Source: Trichosphaerium sp. ATCC 40318 (lineage: Eukaryota > Protista > Tubulinea). Taken from it: 64,000 nucleotides of DNA. Of this stretch, positions 51,035 to 61,630 are shown one piece after another. The position numbers and the translations under genes were made by a program. The DNA is taken from contig JALMLS010000065.1 in assembly GCA_038496445.1 (NCBI GenBank), positions 248,001-312,000 on the forward strand. Direction: 5' to 3'. The stretch's first letter is position 1. Every line of letters starts with the position of its first letter. A model generated the notes under the pieces. That model was not told the origin of the DNA. It did no database searches and saw nothing but the letters and a program-made list of their open reading frames with translations.

Positions 51035-51875
51035 GTATTGTATTACGCAATCCTAAAATGTACAAAATAAAAATATAAGTAGAAAGTGTAGGTGATAGTA
51101 TGCTCATTTTTGGATGTGTACAATTGTTTTCCAAATCCGATTTAGGGCACAAAGCCATATTTTGTTTGAAAAATTTTAAAATTAAAGTCCTATTTGTGAT
51201 TGTGAATAAGCACTACATAGCACTTGCTTACATATATTAATATTCTCATAGAGCGTAAATGTTCGTTGTTGTTTATCCAGCTTCCAACACATTAACCAAC
51301 AACAGCTGATTTTTTGATGCCATTTTTTTTCAAAAATCTAAAATTTGTTACCTTCTAAAAGTTGAAACAGTTTTTCTTGTGCTTGTTACAATTATGACGC
51401 CATTAATGTAACATATAAAGCATGTTTGTAGATGATTTTAAAATTTTCAAGTGCTACAAGTACGTGCATACCTCTGGGTGCTTCAGGGAATACTTGCCTA
51501 AATGGCACTATTTTTTGGTGTACCATTTACGATAACCTATATAACTATTGTTACAGGATAGGCATATTGTTGTGACCTTTGTTATACGCAGTATACTACA
51601 GCTTGAACAGCTTGCTAAATTGGTATCTGAAAATATAATGAGTGAAAGGCCCAGTGATTCTACAAAATTGTGTTTAAAAAACAGCGTTTTTGGGTGGCTA
51701 TTTTTTTTGCTTTTTGACTGTAGCTATACAGTGAAGGGTAACAGGACAGTGATGATGTTGTATTATTTCTTTTCTGTCTTAGTGCCTACAATAGCAGGAA
51801 GGTTCTCTATTAACACATACTTCAAACTCTAAAGCTACTAAATCACGTTATCTTTATTTTGCCTGTATAAGTTGC

Positions 51876-53534
51876 TTACATATACACGTTAGTCCCTATT
51901 AACATTCTAACCCCTTCAATACTGGCGAGGGATTCAGATACTGAAGTTTCATAAGCGTAAATAGAATGTGCTCCAGCAAGTGCTTTGACACCCTCATCTG
52001 TTACTGAAGTGTTACTAAGGTCAATAGTGTGAGCTCCAGCAAGCGCTTTAGCACCTTCATCAGTTACTAAAGTGCGAGAAAGGTAAATAGAATGGGATCC
52101 AGCAAGCGCTTTGACACCTTCATCAGTTATTGAAGTGTCAGAGAGCCTAACTGTATAAACCCCAGCAAGTGCTTTGACACCTTCATCAGTTACTGAAGTG
52201 TTACGAAGGTCAATAGTATGAACTCCAGCAAGTGCTTTCACACCTTCATCAGTTACTTTGGTGTTACGAAGGTCAATAGTGTGAACTCCAGCAAGTGCTT
52301 TGACACCTTCATCAGTTACTGAAGTGTTACTAAGGCCAATAGTATGGACTCCAGCGAGTGCTTTGACACCTTCACCAGTTACTGAAGTGCTACTAAGGTC
52401 AATAGTATGGACTCCAGCAAGTGCTTTCACACCCTCATCTGTTACAAAAGTGTTTGTGAGACCAATAGTATGGACTCCAGCAAGTGATTTAACACTTTCA
52501 TCAGTTACTGAAGTGCCAGAAAGGAAAATGCCATGGGCTCCAGCAAGCGCTTTAACACCTTCATCAGTTACTAAAGTGTTACTAAGGCCAATAGTATGGA
52601 CTCCAGCGAGTGCTTTGACACCTTCATCAGTTACTGAAGTGTTACTAAGGTCAATAGTATGGACTCTAGCAAGTGATTTAACACCTTCATCAGTCAGTTC
52701 TTTACATTCGTTGAGGCTGATGGTATGAACTCCAGCGAGTGCTTTCACACCTTTATCAGTTACTGAAGTGTTACTAAGGTCAATAGTGTGAGCTCCAGAA
52801 AGTGATTTCAACCCTTCATCTGTAATGTGTTGACAATATAATAGAATAATCACATGTACACCAGTTAGCGCTTTGACGCCTTCATCAGTTACTGAAGTGT
52901 AACTAAGGTCAATAGTGTGAGCTCCAGCAAGTGCTTTCACTCCTTCATCAGTTACTGAAGTGTTACTAAGGTCAATAGTATGGACTCCAGCAAGTGCTTT
53001 CACGCCTTCACCAGTTGCTGAAGTGCTACTAAGGTCAATAGTATGGACTCCAGAAAGTGCTTTGACACCTTCATCAGTTACTTTAGTTGTACGAAGGTTA
53101 ATAGTATGAACTCCAGCAAGTGCTTTGACACCTTCATCAGTTACTGAAGTGTAACTAAGGCCAATAGTATGCACACCAGCAAGTGCTTTGACACCTTCAT
53201 CTGTTATCCGAGCATTCTTAAGGTCAATAGTATGAGCTCCCGCAAATTGTTTGGTAATATTGTCATCAACACTCCATCGTAGCGTGATTTTTGTGTATTT
53301 CAGAATACCAGCATGTTTTACAGCTGATTTTGCTTGAGCTAACGTTTTAATCATAATAGCATGGTATCCAATAATGTCGTGAACAATAGAAGCAAGTAAA
53401 CGACAGGTTTGACAAGCTGAAAAGCGCGAATTGGTCGTTTGACGCAGGATGAGCGCTATTATCTCTGTCGGTAGCTGCAGTAAACTTTTATGGGTGGTAC
53501 TGTTGATTATACCACACTTTGAGGTAGAAAGCAT
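51876..53534 (-). CDS. Intronless F-box + LRR protein (about 21 repeats)
   Basis: LLQLPTEIIALIL..QTCRLL F-box, then 21-aa AGVHTIxLxxTSVTDEGVKAL repeats with two 22-aa Cys variants. Confidence 0.9.
   Translation of the reverse strand: MLSTSKCGIINSTTHKSLLQLPTEIIALILRQTTNSRFSACQTCRLLASIVHDIIGYHAIMIKTLAQAKSAVKHAGILKYTKITLRWSVDDNITKQFAGAHTIDLKNARITDEGVKALAGVHTIGLSYTSVTDEGVKALAGVHTINLRTTKVTDEGVKALSGVHTIDLSSTSATGEGVKALAGVHTIDLSNTSVTDEGVKALAGAHTIDLSYTSVTDEGVKALTGVHVIILLYCQHITDEGLKSLSGAHTIDLSNTSVTDKGVKALAGVHTISLNECKELTDEGVKSLARVHTIDLSNTSVTDEGVKALAGVHTIGLSNTLVTDEGVKALAGAHGIFLSGTSVTDESVKSLAGVHTIGLTNTFVTDEGVKALAGVHTIDLSSTSVTGEGVKALAGVHTIGLSNTSVTDEGVKALAGVHTIDLRNTKVTDEGVKALAGVHTIDLRNTSVTDEGVKALAGVYTVRLSDTSITDEGVKALAGSHSIYLSRTLVTDEGAKALAGAHTIDLSNTSVTDEGVKALAGAHSIYAYETSVSESLASIEGVRMLIGTNVYM
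51940..53243 (-). repeat. 63-bp coding tandem array (about 20 units, high DNA identity)
   Basis: Near-identical units, read on the plus strand as ccagcaagtgctttgacaccttcatcagttactgaagtg..ggtcaatagtatg. Confidence 0.95.
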
Positions 53535-53937
53535 AGTATCGTCTTTAAAGATGTAATACAAACGATTATAATTAGGCGCAATATCACGTGATATAAAATT
53601 ACCGGTTGACTTAAAAACGTTTTGCTACCCGCTAAGTCGCTATAATCAAATTGTCGAAACTCGGTTTTCTGAGCTCTAACTTAATTGGTACGTGCAGGTG
53701 TAACGTAACGCCATTTATCACGTGCTCTAACAACTTACTGCCGACAAAATTGTTTGCCTGATAGAACATGCGGATGAACTATTTTTCCACAGCGGAAAAC
53801 ACCAAATGACGTTCAGGTATTTTACGCCTGGGAAAAGGAGAGGGAGTTGAAAAGCTACGACCATGACTAGCTTTTGATCCTATCAACTAACACCCCTCCT
53901 AGTACTCCCTAAATAAATCACGTCATTTCCTAAGACA

Positions 53938-54150
53938 ATGTTGGTTGGATGTCATAAGATCACAGAGCCTTGTGGGAGTACAATAAATGATCGTGATCTT
54001 GAAGCACTTACTGGAGTTCATACCATCAGCCTCAACAGTTGTAAAGAAGTGACTGATGTAGGTATTAAATCACTTGCTGGAGTTCACGAAATTGATCTTG
54101 GTTTCTGCACTTCAATTGGAGATGAAGGTATTAAAGCGTTGAAAGGTGTT
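53938..54150 (+). pseudogene. Orphan VHTI-LRR cassette (about 3 repeats)
   Basis: ALTGVHTISLNSCKEVTDVGIKSLAGVHEIDLGFCTSIGDEGIKALKGV, with no intact F-box. Confidence 0.75.
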
Positions 54151-54695
54151 CAAGTAGCCTTGCATTTATCACGTACCACCAGAGATCTAACAAAAGCATA
54201 CAAGGTTTCCATTGAATGGATATGTTAGCTTGTGTATTGGAATAAGATGCTCAATCAAGCTTTTCAACCTAGACAAGGTTGAGTGTCCGACTGGTTAGTC
54301 TGTTGATTTGAATGCTTGTAAATTAATCCTTTTATCTCAATGCCACTAAAATGGTAGCCATTTCAATCTTGATCTAAATGCCATATAAATTGGTAGGCAT
54401 TTCAAAAGTGTTTAAACATCGTAGTCTCCAGTAAAACTTTGCAGCCTGGAGGTTGGGACCCTGGTTCGTCTCCTACAACAAACTCCTGGAACTCACTTGA
54501 GCTTCTTAAAAAATAATACATATAAATAATACTACAAAGTCACTCCTTCAATGTTACGGTCCATCTGGTACGGTCTGTAAGGACTCAATGCCAAATAGTT
54601 AACCTAACAAACTACTAATGTCCATCTCTTAAAACCCTAACCCTACATAGACTGTGGACTCATAAAAAAAAAAAATTTATTTATTTAGCAGTATT

Positions 54696-55780
54696 TTACT
54701 CAAAGTCTGCATCCTCAAGGTTTTTACCAGTTATCTCAAAGTATTTACATTTAAACTCCTTAATGAAAAGCGCAGTGTCTGTTGGTATTGGTTGTTCTAA
54801 AATAGTCTTCATTGCAGCCATTGTTGCCACTCCATCAATAATATCATATCCAGGAAATGCTTTAACAAACACACAGTGAACAAAGTAATAGTGAGTGCAA
54901 TGTACACTACAAAACTTACAAAACTTGAGTTTGCACTGTGTCCCTGTTAGCAATTTAGACAACCGCCTTCTTGCAGTCTTTTTACGGGTTTGGGCAAGGC
55001 CTCTCAAAAATGTAAGAGTAACTGATGGAATTCCCTTTTTTTCAACAAAAAGACAGTTAAATGACTTGTATTCACTCATACAAACCTCTTGGTGTATTTC
55101 AGTGTCTCCATTTTCAATAGCATTCTTGAGCCTTCGAATAGCAATATACCTACAATGAGGGTCAGGGACTCAAAAACACTACAAAAGGACCAGGGACTCA
55201 TAAAAACACCCTTGTCTCAACAAAACTGGTCCCAAAAAAAAAATAATAATAAATAACTTACATGGTCTTGTCTGATTCATTTGCATGCTCTTCATAAACA
55301 TGTCTAACCATTTGTCCGAATGTAGAGAATCCTGTATTGCAGATGAAGCATGATGGGTACAATCTAGTATATCCAGGTACATCAGAGAGAGATATGGTAG
55401 TGTCCACATCCTTTTAGACAGGGGTGTTTTGGGGTCCCTGTGTCCACATTAGATTGATTACTGTAGGGTCCGAGTCTGATAAACGAAAATTATATGATTA
55501 CACTTACCATCTAACTCAGGGTCCATCTTCCTTCTCTTTGGAGAGTTTTCGTTGATGGGTGTCACTGTGCGTCTCTTGGTGGAAGTTGATGTTGGTGCTG
55601 ACTTGTTTCTTTTACCTAGTAGAAAGTTAGGACCAGCGCAGTCCTCTATTGCAAAAAAACAAAAATTTCAAAAGTACTTGATCCAGTAATACCCAATGCA
55701 GTGGTTCTTGCTCTATATTGCTTCTGTGCCAGTACACTGACCTTCTTCAATGTCATCTCCAAGTAATTCATAGTTGCCAT
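54696..55780 (-). CDS. C2H2 zinc-finger protein with NLS-like basic patches, spliced; one junction unresolved
   Basis: An exon reads CFIC-x12-HVYEEH (C-x2-C-x12-H-x4-H) in a frame the ORF track misses. Also SPKRRK. Confidence 0.55.
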
Positions 55781-55917
55781 CCATTTAGGGGCAGATTTGC
55801 TACATAGAAGTTACTAAGATTGATTGTGATTGATTTTTTGAAAATAGAAAAAAAAAGTGAGGCCTTGTTTTTGTTGACAGGGGGGTTTTTCAGCCTTATG
55901 AGTCCACAGACCGGCCT

Positions 55918-56175
55918 TTATGCGTACTTTATGTCCTTCATTGTTTTTAGTATGTCCTGAAGGATCCTTTTTTTCGCTTGAATGTCCAGTAGCTTACTGG
56001 TGTTGTCCAGACTGCTTAGGAACTCATTCCACTTTGGTGCAGGTAGATTTTCTTTTAAGTGTTGCAGTAATTCTTCACTGCCACTGAATAATGCAAACTC
56101 CAGGTCTTTGGTACCTACTATCTGGTACTTCAGCATTCCATTTGCGCTTAATGGAAGTGAGGACTTGTTGCTCAT
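55918..56175 (-). CDS. Hypothetical 85-aa protein
   Basis: ATG-initiated intronless ORF with helical, protein-like composition, inside the putative insertion. Confidence 0.45.
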   Translation of the reverse strand: MSNKSSLPLSANGMLKYQIVGTKDLEFALFSGSEELLQHLKENLPAPKWNEFLSSLDNTSKLLDIQAKKRILQDILKTMKDIKYA

Positions 56176-56531
56176 GTTGTGCTTGTGCTGTTTAATGGTA
56201 GTTAAGTTGCACCTTATCTTTCTTTCAATCTGTATTCAATCGCTTTCTCTAGCCATGACTAAACCCCTACAAGGTGTATTATGAGACCCATAGTCCATAA
56301 ATAAATAGAATTTAGTGTTTTCAATCAAGACTACTTCTTTGATGATAGAAAATTTCATGGTAGAAAATCCGTGATTGAAAACGGACCTTTATTTTTCAGT
56401 CAGGGGTGCCAAATAATAATAGGGTCCTGTCCGAACTTACTTTTTTTTAACTCTAGACCGAGTCCGTGATAAGTCCATTTATAACTGTGAGCCAATATTA
56501 TACTTACGACCCTCGGACTGTGGTCTCTGTG

Positions 56532-56748
56532 TAATTACTCTAAAACGTGAGATCAAATAAGCGAAAATAGCGTTTTTAATACCTCGCACCAGCGCTGTTC
56601 TGTGTAATAGCGTAATTTCGTCAATAACCTCACCTAAAGCGTAATCACTCTAAAACACGTGATTGATTATGTAAAAATAAGCGCTTTAGTACCTTGAACT
56701 AGCGCTATTATGTATAAGAGCGTAATGTGCCATATCACACCTAAAGTG
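56532..56748. repeat. Imperfect tandem duplication, 2 x about 108 bp
   Basis: taat(t/c)actctaaaac..agcgct..agcgtaat..cacctaaag repeated at about 56532 and 56642. Confidence 0.75.
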
Positions 56749-57526
56749 TTTAAATTTTACTCTGGGCACTAGCGCTCAGCAAACAACATAATTTTATTGT
56801 GTGTCCTTCTTGATTGATATTTTTTTTTGAGGTCTGAATTTATTTGACAAGGTTGTATTTTGAGTCTTTGGGTCCATCAAGTAGTTGGTGTCCTAGTCAC
56901 ATACACATGTGGAATATTGGTTTGGTGCAACTCCAAATGTCAACCCTTACTGAGCACCAATTTAGGCTTGCTTAAGAATGGGTCAGTCCCAGCGCTTAGA
57001 CAAATAAAAGTAAAGTAAGCTTTTCAACCATTGAAATAAACACCATATAATTTTTCCATGAGTCAAATTTCCGTGGCGAATGTGATGAATTGCAAGATTC
57101 AATAGTATCTAGCAATGGTAAATGTTCAAATTGGGCGCAGTTGTACTACCTATCATGCTCTTTGGCACGTTTACGATCTCGCTTTTTTTGAGGATTCTAA
57201 TTGCTAAAAACGTTAGAAACGATACCAACCCATTAGCATACTAATTTAATACTTTACCACGTGATAAAAACCGTTTAAGCAGTTCCCATGAAGATATTAT
57301 ACCAACAACTGTAAACGTCAAAAAAAGCCTTTCTTGGGCGCCACTGTACTTGTTGTGTTCAAGGCGTATTTGGGAGATAGTAGTTAACGGTTGTAGCAGC
57401 AAAATTAATACCTGTGAACATTTTTAACAATAGAAAAAAACAAGAAAGGACGCGAAAAAAACTGAATTTTCGGACGAATTCTTAGGCAATTTTCATAACC
57501 TACAGCAACACGACCAAGAAAACGGT

Positions 57527-58850
57527 ATGGCAGCGAGACGAAAAGTATGTACAATATATTTTTAACGTATTAACATGTTTTGACGCTGAATAGAGGACAC
57601 GCAAACAAAAACGGAATAAAACGAGTCTTCTCCAACTCCCAGTGGAGCTACAACTTGATATCATGGACTTGGATTGTTCTGCTTATGTTAAATGGCCATT
57701 GCTATCCAAACAAGCCGCATTGTGCTCAAGGTTTGATATCGACTTGAAAAAACAAGGTAAATGGATGAGATACAACGGTGGTAAGAAAGTAGGCGAAAGG
57801 TTTTATTCTGGTGGACTCAAACAAGGCGTTCTCAAGACTTGGCGGAAACGAGGTTCGCAGAAAAAACAATGTCATTACATTGATGACGTACTTGATGGCG
57901 AGTACAAGGCATGGACGATCAAAGGATTCCTTGAGAAACATCGGTTTTATAAGAATGGTAGGAAACATGGAGACAGCAAAATGTTCAGGAGATCAGACGG
58001 TTCTATTGTCACGCTCCTACCCTATGTCAATGGGAAGGCACATGGTGAATATAAGGTGTGGCACAACAATGGTAGACTGAAAGAGAAGTCCAATTACATT
58101 AATGGCAAGTACAGTGGAGAAAGAAAGTCTTGGTACAAGAACGGACAAGTATCACTTGAGTACTGTTTTGTTGATGGATTCATGACAAAGAAAGAGTTTT
58201 ATAAAAGTGGCAAACCAAAATATTCGTTTTTGCCGATAGGGAAAGATGGTAGAAGTGAAGAAAAGAAGTGGTATCGGAATGGTAAACTACAGCGTGAGCG
58301 TGTTTATATTAACGGCAAGAAACATGGAGAAGAAAAGTGTTGGTACAAGAATGGTAATCTGAGAAATCAGTGCTTCTATTTTGAGGATATAAAAAAAGGA
58401 GAAGAAAAATACTGGTATGAGAATGGAACCCTAAAAAGTATTTGTTATTATGACACCAACAATTCAGAAGATAAGTTTATGTCAAATAAAGAAGGTGAGG
58501 AAAAGTATTGGTTCGAAAATGGACAACTAGAGTCCCACCGCTTTTATGTTAATGGTAAGAAGGAAGGTGAAGAAAAGCGTTATTATTCATCTAATGGTCA
58601 GATACTCTCACAATGTACGTATGTAAGAAATGACAAAAACGGAGAATACAAGCTGTGGCATGAGAATGGACAACTAAAGAGGCATTGTTTTTGGGTTGAT
58701 GGACGTAAACATGGTGAAGAAAAGAATTGGTACTCTAATGGTCAATTGAAGCGTCAATGTGTTTATGTTGATGGTAAAGAACAAAATAAAAAGAACTGGA
58801 ATCGTAATGGCAAACCAATAATAGCTGATACAGATAGCTTCTGGTGGTGA
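57527..58850 (+). CDS. F-box-like + MORN-variant (MORN_2/YwqK-like) repeat protein, one intron 57545-57593
   Basis: Spliced start MAARRK|RTRKQKRNKTSLLQLPVELQLDI, then about 13 G.K.GE.K.WY.NGQL repeats in one exon. Confidence 0.85.
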
Positions 58851-59197
58851 ATTTTGTTTTAGATTGTTTGGTATTCAAGTGATAACTTTGTTGTGATTGG
58901 AATTATACAAGTGCTGCTATGCTTGCGTGTATATACATAAATACTTTACTTGACACGTGCTTTGAAGAGATTACTATTAAAAAGGCACGTTTCCAAATAA
59001 AATAATGGTTTCTATTGGTACCGTATCAATATCAACGCAGTCCTGTAAGACTTTGGTAAAGGAGCTAGTTATCTATTCCTGGTTTGTAATGTGTACGAGT
59101 ATTATAGTCCTAGGAATGTCTGAACGTTCTTAGGAATACTTAGAAAGGTAGTTCGTGTAACGGAATCCACACGTGACTACCCAACGCAATACCTTAA

Positions 59198-60040
59198 ATG
59201 AACTTAACAACAGCCATCACGTATTCCCAACTGTTGGTTCTTCTAACGTCTTTCAAGCGTATGCATCTAGAGCTATTAAATCTGTACATAGGAGAGCGCG
59301 CTAAAGTGTTGAATAACACACCGTCACGTGACAATACAATCAGTGAATACCCGACCCACTATCTACATACTCTGAGATCATTTGCTACGAATACGTGCTT
59401 GTTCTACTCAACAATACATTCTGCGAATATGTAGTGGACCACAGTGCTGTGTACCAAACCAAACATTAACGGGTTTGACTCTATCATTTAATACAAACCC
59501 AATACCCAAATTACAATGTATAACCCAAAGCATACAATGACAAGTGTTATCACTGTCAAAGTAAACTTTACTGAAGACCTTCCTAATGGCCCTTATGCGA
59601 CAAACAATGGTGGCAGTATCCTTTATATTTTTGCTCCAAACAGAGTAGCTAAAGGCTCGGAACATTGGTTTCGGAAGCTATGCTATAACCGAAGCCAATG
59701 TTGCGACTGCCTTTATTCAAGGTTCACTTATTAAAAGTCCTTAACACGTGAAGTGTTAGAAGCTAATATTCCAGAAACCAGCCTATGTAGAGATGCAGCA
59801 CAAGTCACAGTTGATTGTATGTCGAGAAATCAAGGAAAAGCAATGGAAGACAATCGTTTTGCTAAGATGGAAATGACTGCTGTACCATCAATAACTCAAG
59901 TTATGTTCAAAGGAGGTTTGATAGAAATGGAATCTCAGCTTGTACCTTCAGGCGTAAAAACTGGAGACACTCTAGAAATGCATGTTAGTATGAGCGTAGA
60001 GACTAAAATCAAGCATAAGAATCATTGCTACATTTTGTAA
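59198..60040 (+). CDS. Hypothetical spliced protein, possibly ML/NPC2-like lipid-binding fold; model incomplete
   Basis: LTLSFNTNPIP..VITVKVNFTEDL..SLC..DC pattern. A frameshift or missing exon is needed near 59510. Confidence 0.3.
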
Positions 60041-60250
60041 ATAAACAATTAAAAACGATTTCATCGGTAGCTAAAAAAACTGCTAAGCCCGTGTTTATTT
60101 AGGACAACTATGTAGCCTCCTGTGTTAAACCCAATACTGAGAATGCTTATCTTACAGAAGCAGGAATCTTCATTTATTTACGTCTTTAACAGTTTGATGA
60201 GAGTCAGAAACTTGACAATGTGTTAGCCACAGGAACACTATTGACAATGT

Positions 60251-61084
60251 TTACGGTAAGCCGTATACTCTTTGAGCTCCACTTAGCCATTTAGAAGCAC
60301 CTTCAGCTGTAACTGATGTACCAGATAATTCTATTGTATGAACGCCAGAAAGTGCTTTAATTCCTTCATCAGTAATATTATCACAATCACCAAGATTAAT
60401 AGTATGAACACCAGCAAGCGCTTTAACACCTTCATCAGTTATAAGTTCATTTTCAGAGAGATTAATGAAGTGAACGCCAGCAAGTGCTTTAATACCTTCA
60501 TCAGTAATATCAAGACAATCACTAAGATTTATAGTATGAACACCAGAAAGCGCTTGAACTCCTTTATCTGTAATTTCAGAGCAACAACAAAGATCAATTT
60601 CATGAACACCAGAAAGAGCTTTAATCCCTTCATCAGTAATTTGATCACAGCAAGCAAGGTTAATAGTATGTACACCAGAAAGCGCTTTAACACCTTCATC
60701 TGTAATACCATAACAATCACCGAGATGAATAGTATGAACACCAGCAAACTCTTTTAGGATAGTATCATTAAACTGTCCATTAAGTGTTATTTTTGTACGT
60801 TGTAGAGCGCTAGCATGTTTTAAAAGCGCTTTCGCTTGTTCTGCTGTTGATATTGTAACGCTATCGTATCCAATAACATCGTGAATGAGAGAAGCGAGTT
60901 GGTGGCATGTTTGAGAGACCGCAAAGCGTGCTTTAGTAGTTTTCCTTAAAATAAGGGCTAAAATCTCCGAAGGCAAGTGTAACATGCTTGTCTCTTGGCT
61001 AAAACGTATTAAAACAGTTAACGGAATAAAGAAAGAGAGTGCAATATACCTTTGGAACTCCGTAACTAAGCGTTTTCTTGACAT
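60251..61084 (-). CDS. F-box + LRR protein (6 x 22-aa + 1 repeat), paralog of 51876-53534
   Basis: Basic leader MSRKR, probable in-frame 51-nt intron, and LHLPSEILALIL..QTCHQLASLIHDVIGY..TKITL shared with the 51.9-kb gene. Confidence 0.9.
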   Translation of the reverse strand: MSRKRLVTEFQRYIALSFFIPLTVLIRFSQETSMLHLPSEILALILRKTTKARFAVSQTCHQLASLIHDVIGYDSVTISTAEQAKALLKHASALQRTKITLNGQFNDTILKEFAGVHTIHLGDCYGITDEGVKALSGVHTINLACCDQITDEGIKALSGVHEIDLCCCSEITDKGVQALSGVHTINLSDCLDITDEGIKALAGVHFINLSENELITDEGVKALAGVHTINLGDCDNITDEGIKALSGVHTIELSGTSVTAEGASKWLSGAQRVYGLP

Positions 61085-61630
61085 GCTGCAGCTATTTACT
61101 AAGTGCTAAAGTTCTAAGAACTTAAACAAAGAAGGGTAATGAATAATCTCATTCACGTAACATTTTACACAACCATCTCCTCGTTCACGGAATGTGATGC
61201 CAAGGAAAACGTCCAGAGTTCATCGTCTTCCGGGAATAAACTAGATAACCACCTCCTTTCTGTACTCGTTCTATGTAAACCTCCCACATTGTTTGTTTCT
61301 GTTAGGACTTGTGTTATTGATTAGAATGCTATCAATGTCACTTCCCCTTCCCTCTTGCTGTTGCAACTCCTGGTACTTCCCGAATAAATGCATGCTGTTA
61401 ACAGCTTTAATTTGGTTATCTGACCCTGTTTTTTAGATAGTTCAGACACATATCACATTCAGACATTCCACATGATATTCAATGTTATGCAACTTGATAA
61501 AGAAGCTTGAAAAGTTTCACACACTTTCAATTTAAGCAATCAACACACAATAAAATCACATACTCAAAAAACGCGGTACATTGGCGTCGAAGCCAGTTTA
61601 AAACTTATGAACTGAGTTGTCGTGTTTATT

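Larger units (their letters stand above)
54257..57029. mobile_element. Putative 2.75-kb insertion bounded by 13-bp direct repeats
   Basis: aagcttttcaacc at 54257-54269 and 57017-57029, distinct internal motif usage and subterminal tandem repeats. No TIRs and no transposase seen. Confidence 0.4.

Noticed and set aside
52300-52728. Antisense and alternate-frame ORFs over the repeat arrays (also 60338-60757, 60529-60747, 57726-58080)
   Set aside because: Shadows of repetitive coding sequence.
51940-53243. CRISPR-like array
   Set aside because: Units are in-frame 63-bp coding repeats without unique spacers, there are no cas genes, and the context is eukaryotic.
54631-54646. Telomere-like CCCTAACCCTA
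   Set aside because: Fewer than two full units; compatible with chance.
28690-61084. One contiguous endogenous giant-virus insertion
   Set aside because: No viral hallmark genes (capsid, polB, packaging ATPase). The virus-like genes are interleaved singly with intron-rich host genes.
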